Below are positions 30,680 through 41,338 of a DNA stretch of 64,000 nucleotides, in pieces. The translations under genes were made by a program, and so were the position numbers. The DNA is from an uncultured Gemmataceae bacterium (GTDB lineage: Bacteria > Planctomycetota > Planctomycetia > Gemmatales > Gemmataceae), in NCBI GenBank assembly GCA_963750165.1, contig CAVVPN010000011.1, positions 1,088,001 to 1,152,000 of the forward strand. The letters run 5' to 3'. The first letter of the stretch is position 1. Each line of letters begins with the position of its first letter. The notes beneath the pieces were generated by a model that did no database searches, was not told where the DNA came from, and saw nothing but the letters and a program-made list of their open reading frames with translations.

Positions 30680-32202
30680 TGTCCTCTTCTCCTCGGGTAA
30701 GTAGTTGGTCGAACCGGCCCAGGTCGGGCCGGGGGACCTGGTACTGACGTAGGGGTGTCACTGACGAGTGACAGTGGGCTGTCACTGTTTCCGCGGCCGG
30801 GCGTGCCTCGGCCAGCCGCGCCACCGCGGCGATGATGCGTTCGGCCTGCACGGGCTCTTGCAGCAGGCCCTGCTCCACGGCCTGTTGCACGCGCTCCAGC
30901 GGGTGGTCGGCCAGCAGTTGCAGCACGCGGATGTAGTGGCGCGCCCCGGCCCGCGCGCCGTGCCGCTTCTCCAGGGCCTCGCCGCAGCCGCGCGAACGAC
31001 GCGGGCAAGACGCCAGTCCTGCAGGACCGGGGCGTGGTCCAGCGCCGCCGGCCGCCGCCCCAGCGCGGCCAGGTAGTGCAGCGGGTCGAGCAGTTGCTCG
31101 TCCCGGCCGTAACTGCGCGGGTGCCGCGCCACCACCCGGCCGCCGGCTACCACCTCGACGCGCTCGACGTAGCCCTTGACGGTCACCGCCTGGTAGGCGC
31201 AGGCGCGCGGCACGCTGTAGCGGTTGCGGTCGAAGCGCACCGTCTGGTACTTGTCCACCTGGGCCGGCTGCGTGATGCAGGCGTCGAAGGGCCGGGGCGG
31301 CAGCGGCAGCGCCTCGGCCCGGTCGCGCCCGAAGCGCTGGCCGATCGACTCGGCGTAGCCGGCCACGGTGCGGCTGGCCTCGCGCAGGCAGCGCTCGCGC
31401 AGGGTGAGGTTCGAGCGCCGCCAGGTCGGCGACCTGCGGCACCGGCGTGGCCCACTGCCGTTGCAGCACGCGCACCCGGGTCTCGGCGTGGGGCTTCTCG
31501 TTGCCGCGCGCCGGCATGCAGAACAGCGGCTCGAAGGTGTAGTGGCTGGCCAGGGCGGCGTAGCGCTCGTTGGGCCGGCGCTCGCGGCCCCGGAAGATCT
31601 GGCGGACCACGGTGGTCGGGTTGTCCCACCAGACTTCGTGGGGCACACAGCCGAAGAAGGCGAAGGCTTCGACCAGGCCGGCGAGGATGGCCTCGGTGCG
31701 CTCGGTGGGCATGGCCATGGCGAACGGGTAGTTGGAGTAGGCCCAGGCGGTGACGAGCACGGGCACGAGGCGGCGACCGTCGGGGAAATCGACGTGGATG
31801 TGCCCGAAGTCACACTCCAGGCGCTGCCCGGGATCGTGTGCCAGTGGGATGAAGGTCTCGCGGCGGTCGCGGCGCTGTTGGCCGACGTAGCGGCGGACCT
31901 GGTCGTAGCCGCCCTGGTAGCCGTGCTCGGCGCCCAAGCGGCGGAAGATCTGCATGGCGGTGTGGCGCTGCTTGGGCGGCGCTTCCTCGTCGGCGGCGAG
32001 GATGGCGTCGATGGCAGCGCGAAAGGGGCCGAGGACGGGGGCCGCAGGGGGCTGGGTGCGCGTGTAGGGCCTGGGCTGGGCCTCGCGGAGGATCTGCCGC
32101 ACCTTGCGGCGCGAGTGGTGGAAGGTGCGGGCGATGTCTCGGATACTCATGCCGTCGCGGAAGGCGCAGGCGAATCTTGCCGTAGTCGTCCACCGTCAGC
32201 AT
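30676..32202 (-). pseudogene. istA: IS21 transposase IstA (frameshifted)
   Basis: MSIRDIAR HTH, ECDFG, WDN, NEKPHAE, VDKYQTVRFDRNRYSVP across several frames. Confidence 0.88.
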
Positions 32203-32392
32203 CCTTGCCTCCGTTCTCCAAAAGCTCCAGGTTGTGGAGCCTCCAGTAGAACGGCAGCGGCTGGGGTGGGTCCATTTTACTCGCCGATCTCGGGCTTACA
32301 GGTGGGTCCATTTTGCGCGCCGATAACCAGCGCCTGCGCAACATGCTGGCCACAACAAACCGTCACCTGGTCGCGCAACACCCCCAGATTTT

Positions 32393-33043
32393 TTGCCCAC
32401 CTTTCTTTCCGGTTGCGGGAGGACTCTCCCTCGCTTTCTCCCCAGACCGTCTCTCTTTTTACATCATCCAGAACGGCGCTCTCGTCCTGCGCGGTCCTTC
32501 GTTAATGGTGATTCGCTTTATCAACCGCTTGCCGACTTGCTGACCACCGGCCAAGAGCAAGCTGCTGAGACGTTTTATAAGCAACTACTCGCTTCGATTG
32601 GGAGCGCGGGAAAACCAATCGGCAAGCCGAAAGAACCCTCCCTTTTCAGCACCACGATGCCTTGGATTAGTGGGTTGTCGCAGATTACCCTGGACCCAGC
32701 GACAGTTGGTGGCGTCACCGACAAGGCGAAGGACACCGTTTTTCAGAAGATTGAAGGCATTTGGCTTCTCAACTTCGGCAGGGGCGAGGAAGAGGTTAAG
32801 ATCGAACGGAATGGGGAGTATTACGTTACCAGTGAGAAGAAAGGTCCTCGGTTGGCGTTCAAACTGGTTCTCTTGGCGCATAACGACGATTTCTCCGAGA
32901 TTGAACTTGGTAAAGACGAGTTGAACGGGCGGCGCCGGCAAATCGAGGTTCTCACACTCTCTCCGGTTCTCAAGCCAACGCAGATGAAGGGCGTCGCCAA
33001 GCATGACCAACACCCTCTGCTCTACGCCAAGAAGGAGAGTTGA
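32393..33043 (+). CDS. Hypothetical protein, probably 5'-truncated by IS21
   Basis: Lower-GC ORF without a convincing start, directly right of the IS end. Confidence 0.45.
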   Translation: MPTFLSGCGRTLPRFLPRPSLFLHHPERRSRPARSFVNGDSLYQPLADLLTTGQEQAAETFYKQLLASIGSAGKPIGKPKEPSLFSTTMPWISGLSQITLDPATVGGVTDKAKDTVFQKIEGIWLLNFGRGEEEVKIERNGEYYVTSEKKGPRLAFKLVLLAHNDDFSEIELGKDELNGRRRQIEVLTLSPVLKPTQMKGVAKHDQHPLLYAKKES

Positions 33044-35041
33044 GTAGGTGCGTAAGGGAAGGAAAGAAGGCCAGGAGAGAAAAAGAGTCGGGATGCATCG
33101 TGAAAAAGCAGCAAAAGGGGACATTCATTATTTGAAATGATGAATGTCCCTTTTTTGCTGCCAAAAAATGCGGCTGGGTCTTATCGCCGACATCCCATAC
33201 GTCCTCCGTTGATTGTCACCAGTCTTTTTCTCTCACCCTGTTCATTTCCGCGTCAACGGCAATTTTCGATTACCAATCCAGGCCGTATTTGCCCAGTTCC
33301 TTTCGGATCCAGGGGAGGTTCCAGACACGCAGGGTTCCATCGCGGCCCCCGGAAACGAGATGGTGGCCGTCCGGGCTAAACTTCAAGGCGGTGACCGCCA
33401 CCTCATGGGCCTGCCAGCGAATCAGTTCCTTGCCGGTTCGCGCGTCGCGGATGTGAATCAACCCGTCTTCGCCACCGGTGACCACCCATTGGCCCTCGGC
33501 CGAGAGGGTGAAGGAAAGCCACTCGCTTCGCGTGGCGGACAGGTGATGAACTTCGCTGCCATCGATTGCAAAAACGAAAGCCTTACCAATATCGTATGGG
33601 TGCTGATTCTTCCAGACAGCCTCGCCGTTACCAATCGTGATCGCGTCAAAGTATCCGGTGGCAACAACGAACCTTGCGTCCCTGCTCCATGCCGCCTGCC
33701 AGCACAACGTTTTCTCGGTTGAGAATGTTTTTTGGGGCGAGCCTTTTTTGCTGTCCCACAACTTCAATTCCCCTGGTGCAAAAGTGACAAATCGCCGGCC
33801 ATCTTCTTGAAAGACCACTGGCATGGTGGGGATGGAAGGATGGTTCTCCCAGCGAAGCCGGGCGAAGGTTGGCTCATGTTCAAACACTAACCTACCGGTT
33901 TCGGTGTCAATGCAGACCGTTAGAGCTGGGTGAGCTGGGCCACCGATACCCCAGTAGTCATCAGTTCTACCCGTCGGATCATGTTCGTATAAGAACATAT
34001 CACCTCGCCCGATATTAGCGAAGAGGAGTTTGCCATCCGGTTGCCAAATGAGCTTGTCGGAATATACGAAAGGGACCTTCAACAATGCCCCTTCGTGTGG
34101 ACTGAATTTCCATGCTAACTTTTGTGTGTTGGCAGGATCTGGATGCGAAAAAGAAACACGCTTCGCTGGACCGGAAGGAACAAGACGGAAGACTTCTGGA
34201 GGTTCCCAGTCGATAATACCCATTTCTCCCACCAGGCTCACGAGCGAAGACAACGAACCTATCCCCTGCGTACTTGCGCTCGCAGAGGCGAGCGGGCCGA
34301 CCGCCGTCCGGTTGAAAACTGATTGGCGCAGTTTCTTTGGAATGCTGTTAAATTCAGAAACCGCAGCCCATACCTGATTACCTCGGAAACCGAGCTTCCC
34401 TTTGGGAATTTCAAATCCCGGAGGGGAAATCGGGTTCCCTCCGGGAATTTCAATTCCCGTTCGGCGCAAGGTCTGGCGGTCGCTGCCGGTTTTCACGTCC
34501 CAGAGAGTCCTGTTGACAATCAACTGGCGACCATCAGCCCGGAATGTTAATTGTTCAATCGGTTCTTGGAGCAAATAGGTCGGCACCGGCGCCGCCACTT
34601 CCCAGGCCTGGGCAAATAGTAATTCCACACTTTTCATCTTGTAATGAAAGGAAGCAGCAACGTCTTGCCGTTCCCCCTGCTCCTCCTTCTGCTCATCCTT
34701 CATTCCAGTTAAGCTCAAACCGCACGTCAGGAGAAAATGGCCATCATTGCGCCAGAGAATCGGAGTTACCCCGGGAATCACCTTCACTGACCGCCGCGAG
34801 GCGACCTCATCAATCTGAAGTATCGGTTCGCCGGCCCGCAAGTGGGTCGTCGCCAGGAGAATATTATCAGGTGAGAAATGCGCGCCATAGCAGAAATTGC
34901 TCGGAGGGATGGCGACTTCCCCTCGGCCAAGTAGGCGACCGTGAAAACGCTGACGCTGATCATCCCAAAGGCCAACCATGTCCTGCTGTGTGGGATCGCG
35001 AAAGGCGAACCAAGTATAGTCTGCCGACCAATGAGTACTAA

Positions 35042-35926
35042 GTGACTGTCCCATAAGGGGGGAGGAATGCGTATAATGTACCATGAGAACGCAATCCTAT
35101 CCCAGCGACGTGACCGATGCCCAGTGGACCTTGATCGAGCCGCACCTCCCCGTCTATCCCGGCGGGCGGCCCCGCACCACCAACCTGCGCAACGTCGTCG
35201 ATGCCATCTTCTACCTGCTGCGCACCGGCTGCCAGTGGCGCTACCTGCCCAAGGACTTCCCGCCCAAAAGCACCGTCTGGCGCTACTTCGACGAGTGGCG
35301 GCACAATGGCACCCTCGACGTTCTCCACGACCTGCTCCGCAAAAAAGTCCGCACGCAGCAGAAGCCCTACCAGCCTCGGACCACGGCCAGCGTGGACAGC
35401 CAGTCGGTGGACACCACCTCCGGCGGCGAGCAGCGCGGCCGGGACAACGCCAAGAACGTCGATGGCCGTAAACGCCATATCGTGGTGGATAGCATGGGCT
35501 TGCTGCTGGCCGTGCTGGTGACCGCCGCCAGCGCCGATGACGGCGCGGTGGCGGCCCAGTTGTTCGCCCGGCTGCAGGGCCAGCCGGTGGGCAAGGTGCG
35601 GCGAATGTTCGCGGACAGCAAGTACCACAACTACGCCCTCTACGAGTGGGTCCAGGAGAACGCCCCCTGGGAGCTGGTGATCGTGCGGCGGCCGGCGGGG
35701 AAGCGCGGTTGGGAGAAACTGCCGCTGCGCTGGACGGTGGAGCGGACCTTCGCCTGGCTGGGGAAGTGCCGGCGGCTCTCCAAGGACCGGGAGAAGAGCG
35801 CGCTCTCGTCGGAGGCGTTCGTCAAGTTGGCCATGATCCACCTCATGCTCAACAGGCTCCAGCCCAAGGACACGAAGGCCAAGTTCTACTATCGCCCAGC
35901 TGCTTGACCCCTTATGGGACAGTCAC
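35042..35926 (+). mobile_element. IS5-family (IS1031-like) element, 885 bp
   Basis: Perfect 19-bp IR GTGACTGTCCCATAAGGGG; TAA duplication at 35039-41 and 35927-29. Confidence 0.95.
35083..35907 (+). CDS. IS5-family transposase (intact)
   Basis: YPSDVTDAQW, GCQWR.LP.DFP, DSQSV, GRKRH, ADSKY, RWTVERTF. Confidence 0.95.
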   Translation: MRTQSYPSDVTDAQWTLIEPHLPVYPGGRPRTTNLRNVVDAIFYLLRTGCQWRYLPKDFPPKSTVWRYFDEWRHNGTLDVLHDLLRKKVRTQQKPYQPRTTASVDSQSVDTTSGGEQRGRDNAKNVDGRKRHIVVDSMGLLLAVLVTAASADDGAVAAQLFARLQGQPVGKVRRMFADSKYHNYALYEWVQENAPWELVIVRRPAGKRGWEKLPLRWTVERTFAWLGKCRRLSKDREKSALSSEAFVKLAMIHLMLNRLQPKDTKAKFYYRPAA

Positions 35927-37608
35927 TAAGATCCTTCTGCCATTCTGGGGGGAATAAGACGGGTATTCTTGCGGACTCTCCACTGACACCGATTTTATAT
36001 TTTTCCATGGGAAAGTCGAAATCAGATAATCGCTTCCGCAGAGTCTCGGGTATTGACTTCATCCCATTCATTCTCGGGACTCGAGCAGAAACTTCTTTCG
36101 CCAAGCGCATTCCCGATGAAGTAATGGTTTGAAATGCCTCTCGCCGAAGTTCATCCGTCACCTTGATTTTGGCAGCCTCCTCAATTCGTTCCAGCGATTC
36201 CCAGCGGTTGCCGGCCTGTCGCTCCGCGCGGGCTTGCGCCAGAAGCCCTGTCCATAACCGCTCCCGGTCTGCGCGGGCATTCATTTCGGCGTTCCTGGCC
36301 ATAATCAACGCTAGCACGGTCGAGGTTAGCAACGCCACAGCCGCCAAGGTGATCGTCGTCGCCAGCACCGGGTTGCGCCGGCACCAACGCCAGCCACGTC
36401 CCAACCGCCCCACCGGCCGCGCCAGCACCGGCTCGCCGCGCACGAAGCGGTCCAGGTCGTCGGCCAGCTCCTGAGCGCTGGCGTAGCGGCGGTCCGGCTC
36501 CTTGCGCAAGCATTTCAGGCAAACCGTCTCCAGGTCGCGCGGCACTTTCGGGTTCAGCCGCGCCGGGGGCGTAGGATCCATCGTCCGCACTTGTTCCAGC
36601 GTATCCAGCGGCGTGGCGCCCTTGAACGGCGGCTTGCCGGTCAGGCACTCGTAAAGAATCGCCCCCAGCGCGTACACGTCCGCCAACGGGCCCGCCAGAT
36701 AGGCCTGACCGGACGCCTGCTCGGGGGCGGTGTAACTGGGCGTGCCCATGACCGCCCCCGCCCGGGTCTCGCCGCTGTCCACGTCCAGCTGCTTGGCCAT
36801 GCCGAAGTCCGCGACCTTGGGCGTGCCGTCGCCGGCCAGCAGGATGTTGGCGGGCTTGAGGTCGCGATGGATGACGTTGCGGCTGTGCGCCATGTTCATC
36901 GCCCGCGCCAGGGTTTCGACCAGCCGCGCCGCTTCCCGGGGCGGTGGCGATTCACCCTTGAGTCGCCTGGCCAGGCTGCCGCCCTCGACAAATTCCAGGG
37001 CGAAGAACGGCGAACCGCCGGCGGTGCCGACCTCGTAGACCTGGACGATGTTGGGGTGCTGCAACCGGGCGACTGCCTCGGCCTCGGCCTGGAAGCGGGC
37101 CAGTTCTAGTGGACCGGCGTCGACGGGGTGCCGGATCATCTTGAGCGCGACGGTGCGCTTCAGCGCCAGGTGGCGTGCCTTGTAGACGACGCCCATACCG
37201 CCGCGGCCGAGTATCCCTTCGATCTCGTAACCGGGGACAGTTGGGAAAGGGTGAGTGGCGGTCGGCTGGAATGGGGCGGGGGCGACTGGAACATCCGGTG
37301 TCGAAGGCGGTTGGAGGTGATCGACCGTCGCGGCACCTGGAGTGGCTTGTTGATCCGGGCAGTGAAGTTGGTCAGCCGGATCATAAGGACCCGTCTCGGC
37401 GTCTTGCGGCGCGGCGTTGCACACAGGGCAGGGGGCAGCCGGGTCGGCGGCGTCCCAGTGATGGCCGTTGGAGCAAGTAAGGCGAACGGGCATTGGCGAA
37501 TCCTCCAACAGAGACTAACAACTACCTGATTATTCATGAAAGGAGGCCGCTGTCAAGAAAGTCCCCCTTGTATGTTCGCCGACCGGGTGTTGAGGGGGCG
37601 AACTCAAA

Positions 37609-37689
37609 GGCGACCGTCTTGAATTGCCGGGGTTTTCGCTATCCTTCGATCAAAGCAACCCCGGCAATTCAAGACAGTCGCTTTTCCCC
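37609..37689. repeat. Palindromic REP-like element; one arm recurs at ~56828-56855
   Basis: GCGACCGTCTTGAATTGCCGGGGTT...AACCCCGGCAATTCAAGACAGTCGC; GGCAATTCAAGACAGTCGCTTT repeated near tRNA-Val. Confidence 0.75.
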
Positions 37690-37752
37690 GGCCGCCAGCA
37701 TACAACCGCTTCGGCACGCTCTGCCGGGCCTCGGGTTGGAAGCGGTTCATAT

Positions 37753-38001
37753 TCAACCAGCCGTTGGCCGCACTTCCCCCGGCGGCACCACCTCCAGGTT
37801 CTCCCGCCGGTTGTCCAGCTTGTTGCCGTTGCGGTGGCGCACCCGCCAGCCCGGCGGCGCCCCGGCGACCAGGCGGTGCAGCGCCAGCGTCGGCACCACG
37901 GCGTAGCCGCGCCGCACCCGCCACAGGAAGCGGGCTGCCAACTCAAAGTCCTCGTCGCTGACCAGGCACACCTGGCCCTTGCCCAAGTGCAACTCCTTCA
38001 T
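37753..38001 (-). CDS. Small HNH endonuclease (HNH_3 type)
   Basis: VSDEDF...LHRLV...VRHRNGNKLDNRRENL. Confidence 0.75.
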   Translation of the reverse strand: MKELHLGKGQVCLVSDEDFELAARFLWRVRRGYAVVPTLALHRLVAGAPPGWRVRHRNGNKLDNRRENLEVVPPGEVRPTAG

Positions 38002-38075
38002 CGGCTGCTCCCTTTTGGCTGCCAGAGCGGTTCGCGTCCGCCATTCGTCCTGAGCCCGTTCGGCACCCGGCGGCC

Positions 38076-38771
38076 CTACCCCTCGATCCAGCCCCGGTGC
38101 CTGGCGATGCGCCTGGCCCACGCCAGGAACTGGCGCACGCTGTCGTTCATCTTCTTGCGGTTGCAGCTTTTGCAGCAGGAAACGACGTTGCCCTCGACGT
38201 AGCCTTTTTTGCTGTCGAGCCGGTCGATGCCGTTGAAGCGGATCGGGCCGTTACAGCAGCGCCGGGTGAACAGCGTCGCCGGCGGCACGCCGCAGAAGTG
38301 GCAGCGGCCCCGGATCAGCTCGAAAAAGCGCTCGCGGGTCAGGGCGAACTCCCGGCCCTTGCGGGCGGCGTCGGCGACATAGCGGCAGTAAATCTGGTTG
38401 CGGGCATGCTCGCCACGTTTCTTGCGCAGGCCCGGTTTGACCGAGCCGCGCTTGCGGCAGCCGCAGCCGCGGCACACCCCCGCACGCAGGCCCCAGCCCC
38501 ACACCAGGCGCTCGGTGCCGCAAGCGCAGCGGCAGGGGAAGTAGGTGGCCACGGCGCGGCCGTTGCGCTCGCGCATCACCCCCGCGCCGATGACCGTCCA
38601 GCGGTCGAAGGTGGTGCCGACGGGAATCTGGATGCGCCGCTGGGGCTTGGGGATGCGGTTGACGGGCCGGTCGCAGCCGCAGCTTTTTGAGGCACCGGTG
38701 CGCAGGCTGATGGTCAGCACCTCGCGCACCATGCCGCAGTCGCAGCGGAAGCAGGACCAAGCGTTGGCCAC
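38076..38771 (-). CDS. Phage-type Cys-rich HNH-like endonuclease
   Basis: Two CxCxCG...SCGC-type repeats, CHFCG, GIDRLDSKKGY..GNVVSCC..CN..K. Confidence 0.75.
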   Translation of the reverse strand: MANAWSCFRCDCGMVREVLTISLRTGASKSCGCDRPVNRIPKPQRRIQIPVGTTFDRWTVIGAGVMRERNGRAVATYFPCRCACGTERLVWGWGLRAGVCRGCGCRKRGSVKPGLRKKRGEHARNQIYCRYVADAARKGREFALTRERFFELIRGRCHFCGVPPATLFTRRCCNGPIRFNGIDRLDSKKGYVEGNVVSCCKSCNRKKMNDSVRQFLAWARRIARHRGWIEG

Positions 38772-38891
38772 TTTTCTGCGATTCTTCTGCTATTGTTGGC
38801 AATGTGCTCCTAACGTTGGTATAATGCGAGCGAGGACGATAAATGCCTAAACATGTTGATATTACTGTCTTTACTACACGTCCGCCACGCC

Positions 38892-38977
38892 ACCGCAACG
38901 CGACAGATCGGCAGACGCGCCAGGTTCAGGACCTGGTTCCCGTTAAGGGAGTGGAGGTTCGAGTCCTCTCTTCGGCA
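38892..38977 (+). tRNA. tRNA-Leu(CAG) with defective 5' acceptor strand (pseudo-tRNA or att remnant)
   Basis: Intact anticodon arm CCAGG-TTCAGGA-CCTGG, variable arm, T arm and 3' CTTCGGCA; the expected 5' GCCGAAG is absent. Confidence 0.75.
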
Positions 38978-39392
38978 CTGCAACCAGGGCAAGGACTTAC
39001 GGCGAAACCGGGGTCCTTGCCCTTCTGCTTTGCAGAAAAGTTTTCTGCAATTCTTCTGCACCCACTGCACTGATATTGGTCTGGCGTTGCTCTATCCTCA
39101 AGGAGCCGCCGATGGCGTCCCTGCAGAAAAAACAGCGTTGCCGGAAGGCAAAGGCCGCCTGGAGCAACCCGTGTGGTTCGGCCGTGAGTCGCCGTTCGGC
39201 AATCTGTGCCTGGGCCAGCCAGGCGGCGCAAGTGCTGTTCGTGGCAAGCATGTGACTGGCCGCTGGGCCACGCACCCAGGGGGACGGCAACGGCAGTCGG
39301 GGATCGATGCCGGCGCTGGTCAAGTCCGCCGCGATGGTGTATCCTCCACACATCCCCAGTTCCGCTCGCCTGGTCCGAGAGGGTTGACCGCC

Positions 39393-40490
39393 ATGCTGGT
39401 CGTCATGGACAAGCACGCCACGCCGGAGCAGATCGAGCAAGTGCTCGCCGCCGTCCGCCGCATGAACCTGACGCCGCACCCGCTGCCCGGCGCCACGCGC
39501 ACCGCCATCGGCATCACTGGCAACATCAGCGCCGTCGATCCGCGCACGCTGGAGGTGCTGCCCGGCGTGTCCGAGTTGATCCGCGTCACCAAGCCGTACA
39601 AGCTCGCCAGCCGCGAGATGCACGAGGCCGACACGTTCGTGCGCATCCCCCTCACCCCCAACCCCTCTCCCCCTGAAGGGGGTGAGGGGAGCAAGAACAC
39701 CCCCTCTCCCCCAGGAGAGGCGAGGGGAGACGGGGTGGTCATTGGCCCCGGCACGTGTACGCTGATCGCCGGGCCGTGCTCGGTGGAAAACGAGGACATG
39801 ATCCTGCGCACGGCCGATTTTCTGATGCAGCGCGGCGTGCGGCTGCTGCGGGCCGGGGCGTACAAGCCGCGCAGCAGTCCGTACTCGTTCCAGGGCATGG
39901 GCCTGGAGGGGCTGGACATTCTCACGCGCGCCCGGAGCAAGACGGGCATCGGCATCGTCACGGAGTTGCTGGACACCGACAACGCCGACGCCGTGGAGCA
40001 GGCGGCGGACGTCATCCAGATCGGCACCCGCAACATGCAGAACTTCGCGCTGCTGAAGCGCGTGGGGCTGGCGCGGAAGCCGGTGCTGCTGAAGCGCGGC
40101 CTGTCGGCGACGCTGGAAGAGTGGCTGATGGCGGCGGAATATGTGATGGCCGGCGGCAATTACAACGTGATCCTGTGCGAGCGCGGCGTGCGCACCTTCT
40201 CCGACCACAGCCGCAACACGCTGGATTTGTCGGTGATCCCGCCGGTCAAGAAGTTGTCGCACCTGCCGATCCTGGTGGACCCGAGCCACGGCACCGGCAA
40301 GCGCGATTACGTGCCGCCGATGGCGCTGGCGGCGCTGGCGGCCGGCGCGGACGGACTGCTGATCGAGGTCCACCCGGACCCGGATCGGGCGATGTCAGAT
40401 GGGGCGCAGTCGCTATCGTTCGCGGGGTTCGAGAAGTTGCTGGAGTCGTTGAAGAAGCTGGCAGGGCCGCTGGAGCGTGAACTGAATTGA
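39393..40490 (+). CDS. aroF: DAHP synthase (type I-beta, regulatory N-domain)
   Basis: IAGPCSVE, KPRSSPYSFQG, IGTRNMQNF, LCERG, VDPSH, IEVHP. Confidence 0.93.
   Translation: MLVVMDKHATPEQIEQVLAAVRRMNLTPHPLPGATRTAIGITGNISAVDPRTLEVLPGVSELIRVTKPYKLASREMHEADTFVRIPLTPNPSPPEGGEGSKNTPSPPGEARGDGVVIGPGTCTLIAGPCSVENEDMILRTADFLMQRGVRLLRAGAYKPRSSPYSFQGMGLEGLDILTRARSKTGIGIVTELLDTDNADAVEQAADVIQIGTRNMQNFALLKRVGLARKPVLLKRGLSATLEEWLMAAEYVMAGGNYNVILCERGVRTFSDHSRNTLDLSVIPPVKKLSHLPILVDPSHGTGKRDYVPPMALAALAAGADGLLIEVHPDPDRAMSDGAQSLSFAGFEKLLESLKKLAGPLERELN
39647..39736. repeat. GC-rich palindromic element (CCCCTCACCCC...GGGGTGAGGGG type) in frame inside the DAHP synthase gene
   Basis: Encodes PLTPNPSPPEGGEGSKNTPSPPGEARGDG just before IAGPCS. 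Confidence 0.7.
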
Positions 40491-41338
40491 ATGGATTCGA
40501 CTTCATGACCACGTTTTTACTCTGGAATGTTCAGAACAAGCAGTTGGACGGGCTGATCGTCCGCCTGGTCCAGCAGCACAAGGTCGATGTCGTGCTACTG
40601 ATCGAACATCCCAAACCGGACAGTACGCTGGTCAGTCTCCTGAACACCATCGGCCCGTACCAGCGCGTTGCTAGCCACGATCGCTTCGGGGTTTACGTCA
40701 GGTTCGACGGCGCGCTCATGGTAAGACGAACGCCACCTGTATCCGATGGTCGTGTGGATTACTGGGACATTCAGCTGAGTAAACGAAACCCGCTACTCCT
40801 GCTGCTCGTTCACGGACTCGATATTGTTAACTACAGTGAGCGGATGAGGGCGTTTTTCTACGAGCGATTGGCCGATGACGTAGCACGGATGGAATCCAAT
40901 CTGGGACACAAGCAGACGGTAATCACGGGTGACTTCAACGCGAACCCGTTTGATCCCATGATCGGCGGTATCAAAGGCCTCCATGCTATTCGGGTGAAAA
41001 ACGTGGGCGGAAAACACACGCGCTCCGTCCTGCATCGGGATTACGAGTTTTTCTGCAATCCCACGTGGTCCTGCTTCGGAGGGTGGGAAAAGGGTCCGCT
41101 GGCGACTCATTATTTTAACGGCTCTGATGTCCATGAGTTGTTCTGGCACATGTTGGATCAAGTTGTGCTCCGGCCGCAAGCACTGCACATGTTTTCAGAG
41201 CGAAATCTTCGTATCTTGACGGAAGCCGGCCCGGATAGCCTGCTGACCAATCACGGGCTTCCGGACGCGAAGAACGCCTCAGACCATCTGCCGGTTCTCT
41301 TCAAACTCAATTTGAAAGCGAAGGCGAGTTATGATTAA
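40487..41338 (+). CDS. Endonuclease/exonuclease/phosphatase (EEP) family protein
   Basis: LLWNV, DVVLLIE, GDFNANP, LDQV, SDHLP. Confidence 0.88.
   Translation: MNGFDFMTTFLLWNVQNKQLDGLIVRLVQQHKVDVVLLIEHPKPDSTLVSLLNTIGPYQRVASHDRFGVYVRFDGALMVRRTPPVSDGRVDYWDIQLSKRNPLLLLLVHGLDIVNYSERMRAFFYERLADDVARMESNLGHKQTVITGDFNANPFDPMIGGIKGLHAIRVKNVGGKHTRSVLHRDYEFFCNPTWSCFGGWEKGPLATHYFNGSDVHELFWHMLDQVVLRPQALHMFSERNLRILTEAGPDSLLTNHGLPDAKNASDHLPVLFKLNLKAKASYD

Larger units (their letters stand above)
29573..32329 (-). mobile_element. IS21-family insertion sequence (~2.76 kb)
   Basis: TG...CA ends with inverted repeats TGGTWATCGGC...AAAAYGGACCC and internal repeats; istA and istB inside; no target duplication seen. 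Confidence 0.9.
33270..37493 (-). pseudogene. Ser/Thr kinase-WD40 protein interrupted by an IS5-family element (~1111 aa if restored)
   Basis: GRGGMG, HRDLKPAN, DFG, APE; C-terminal WD repeats; removing the IS plus one TAA rejoins EWQKDL|STHWSADY in frame. Confidence 0.9.
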
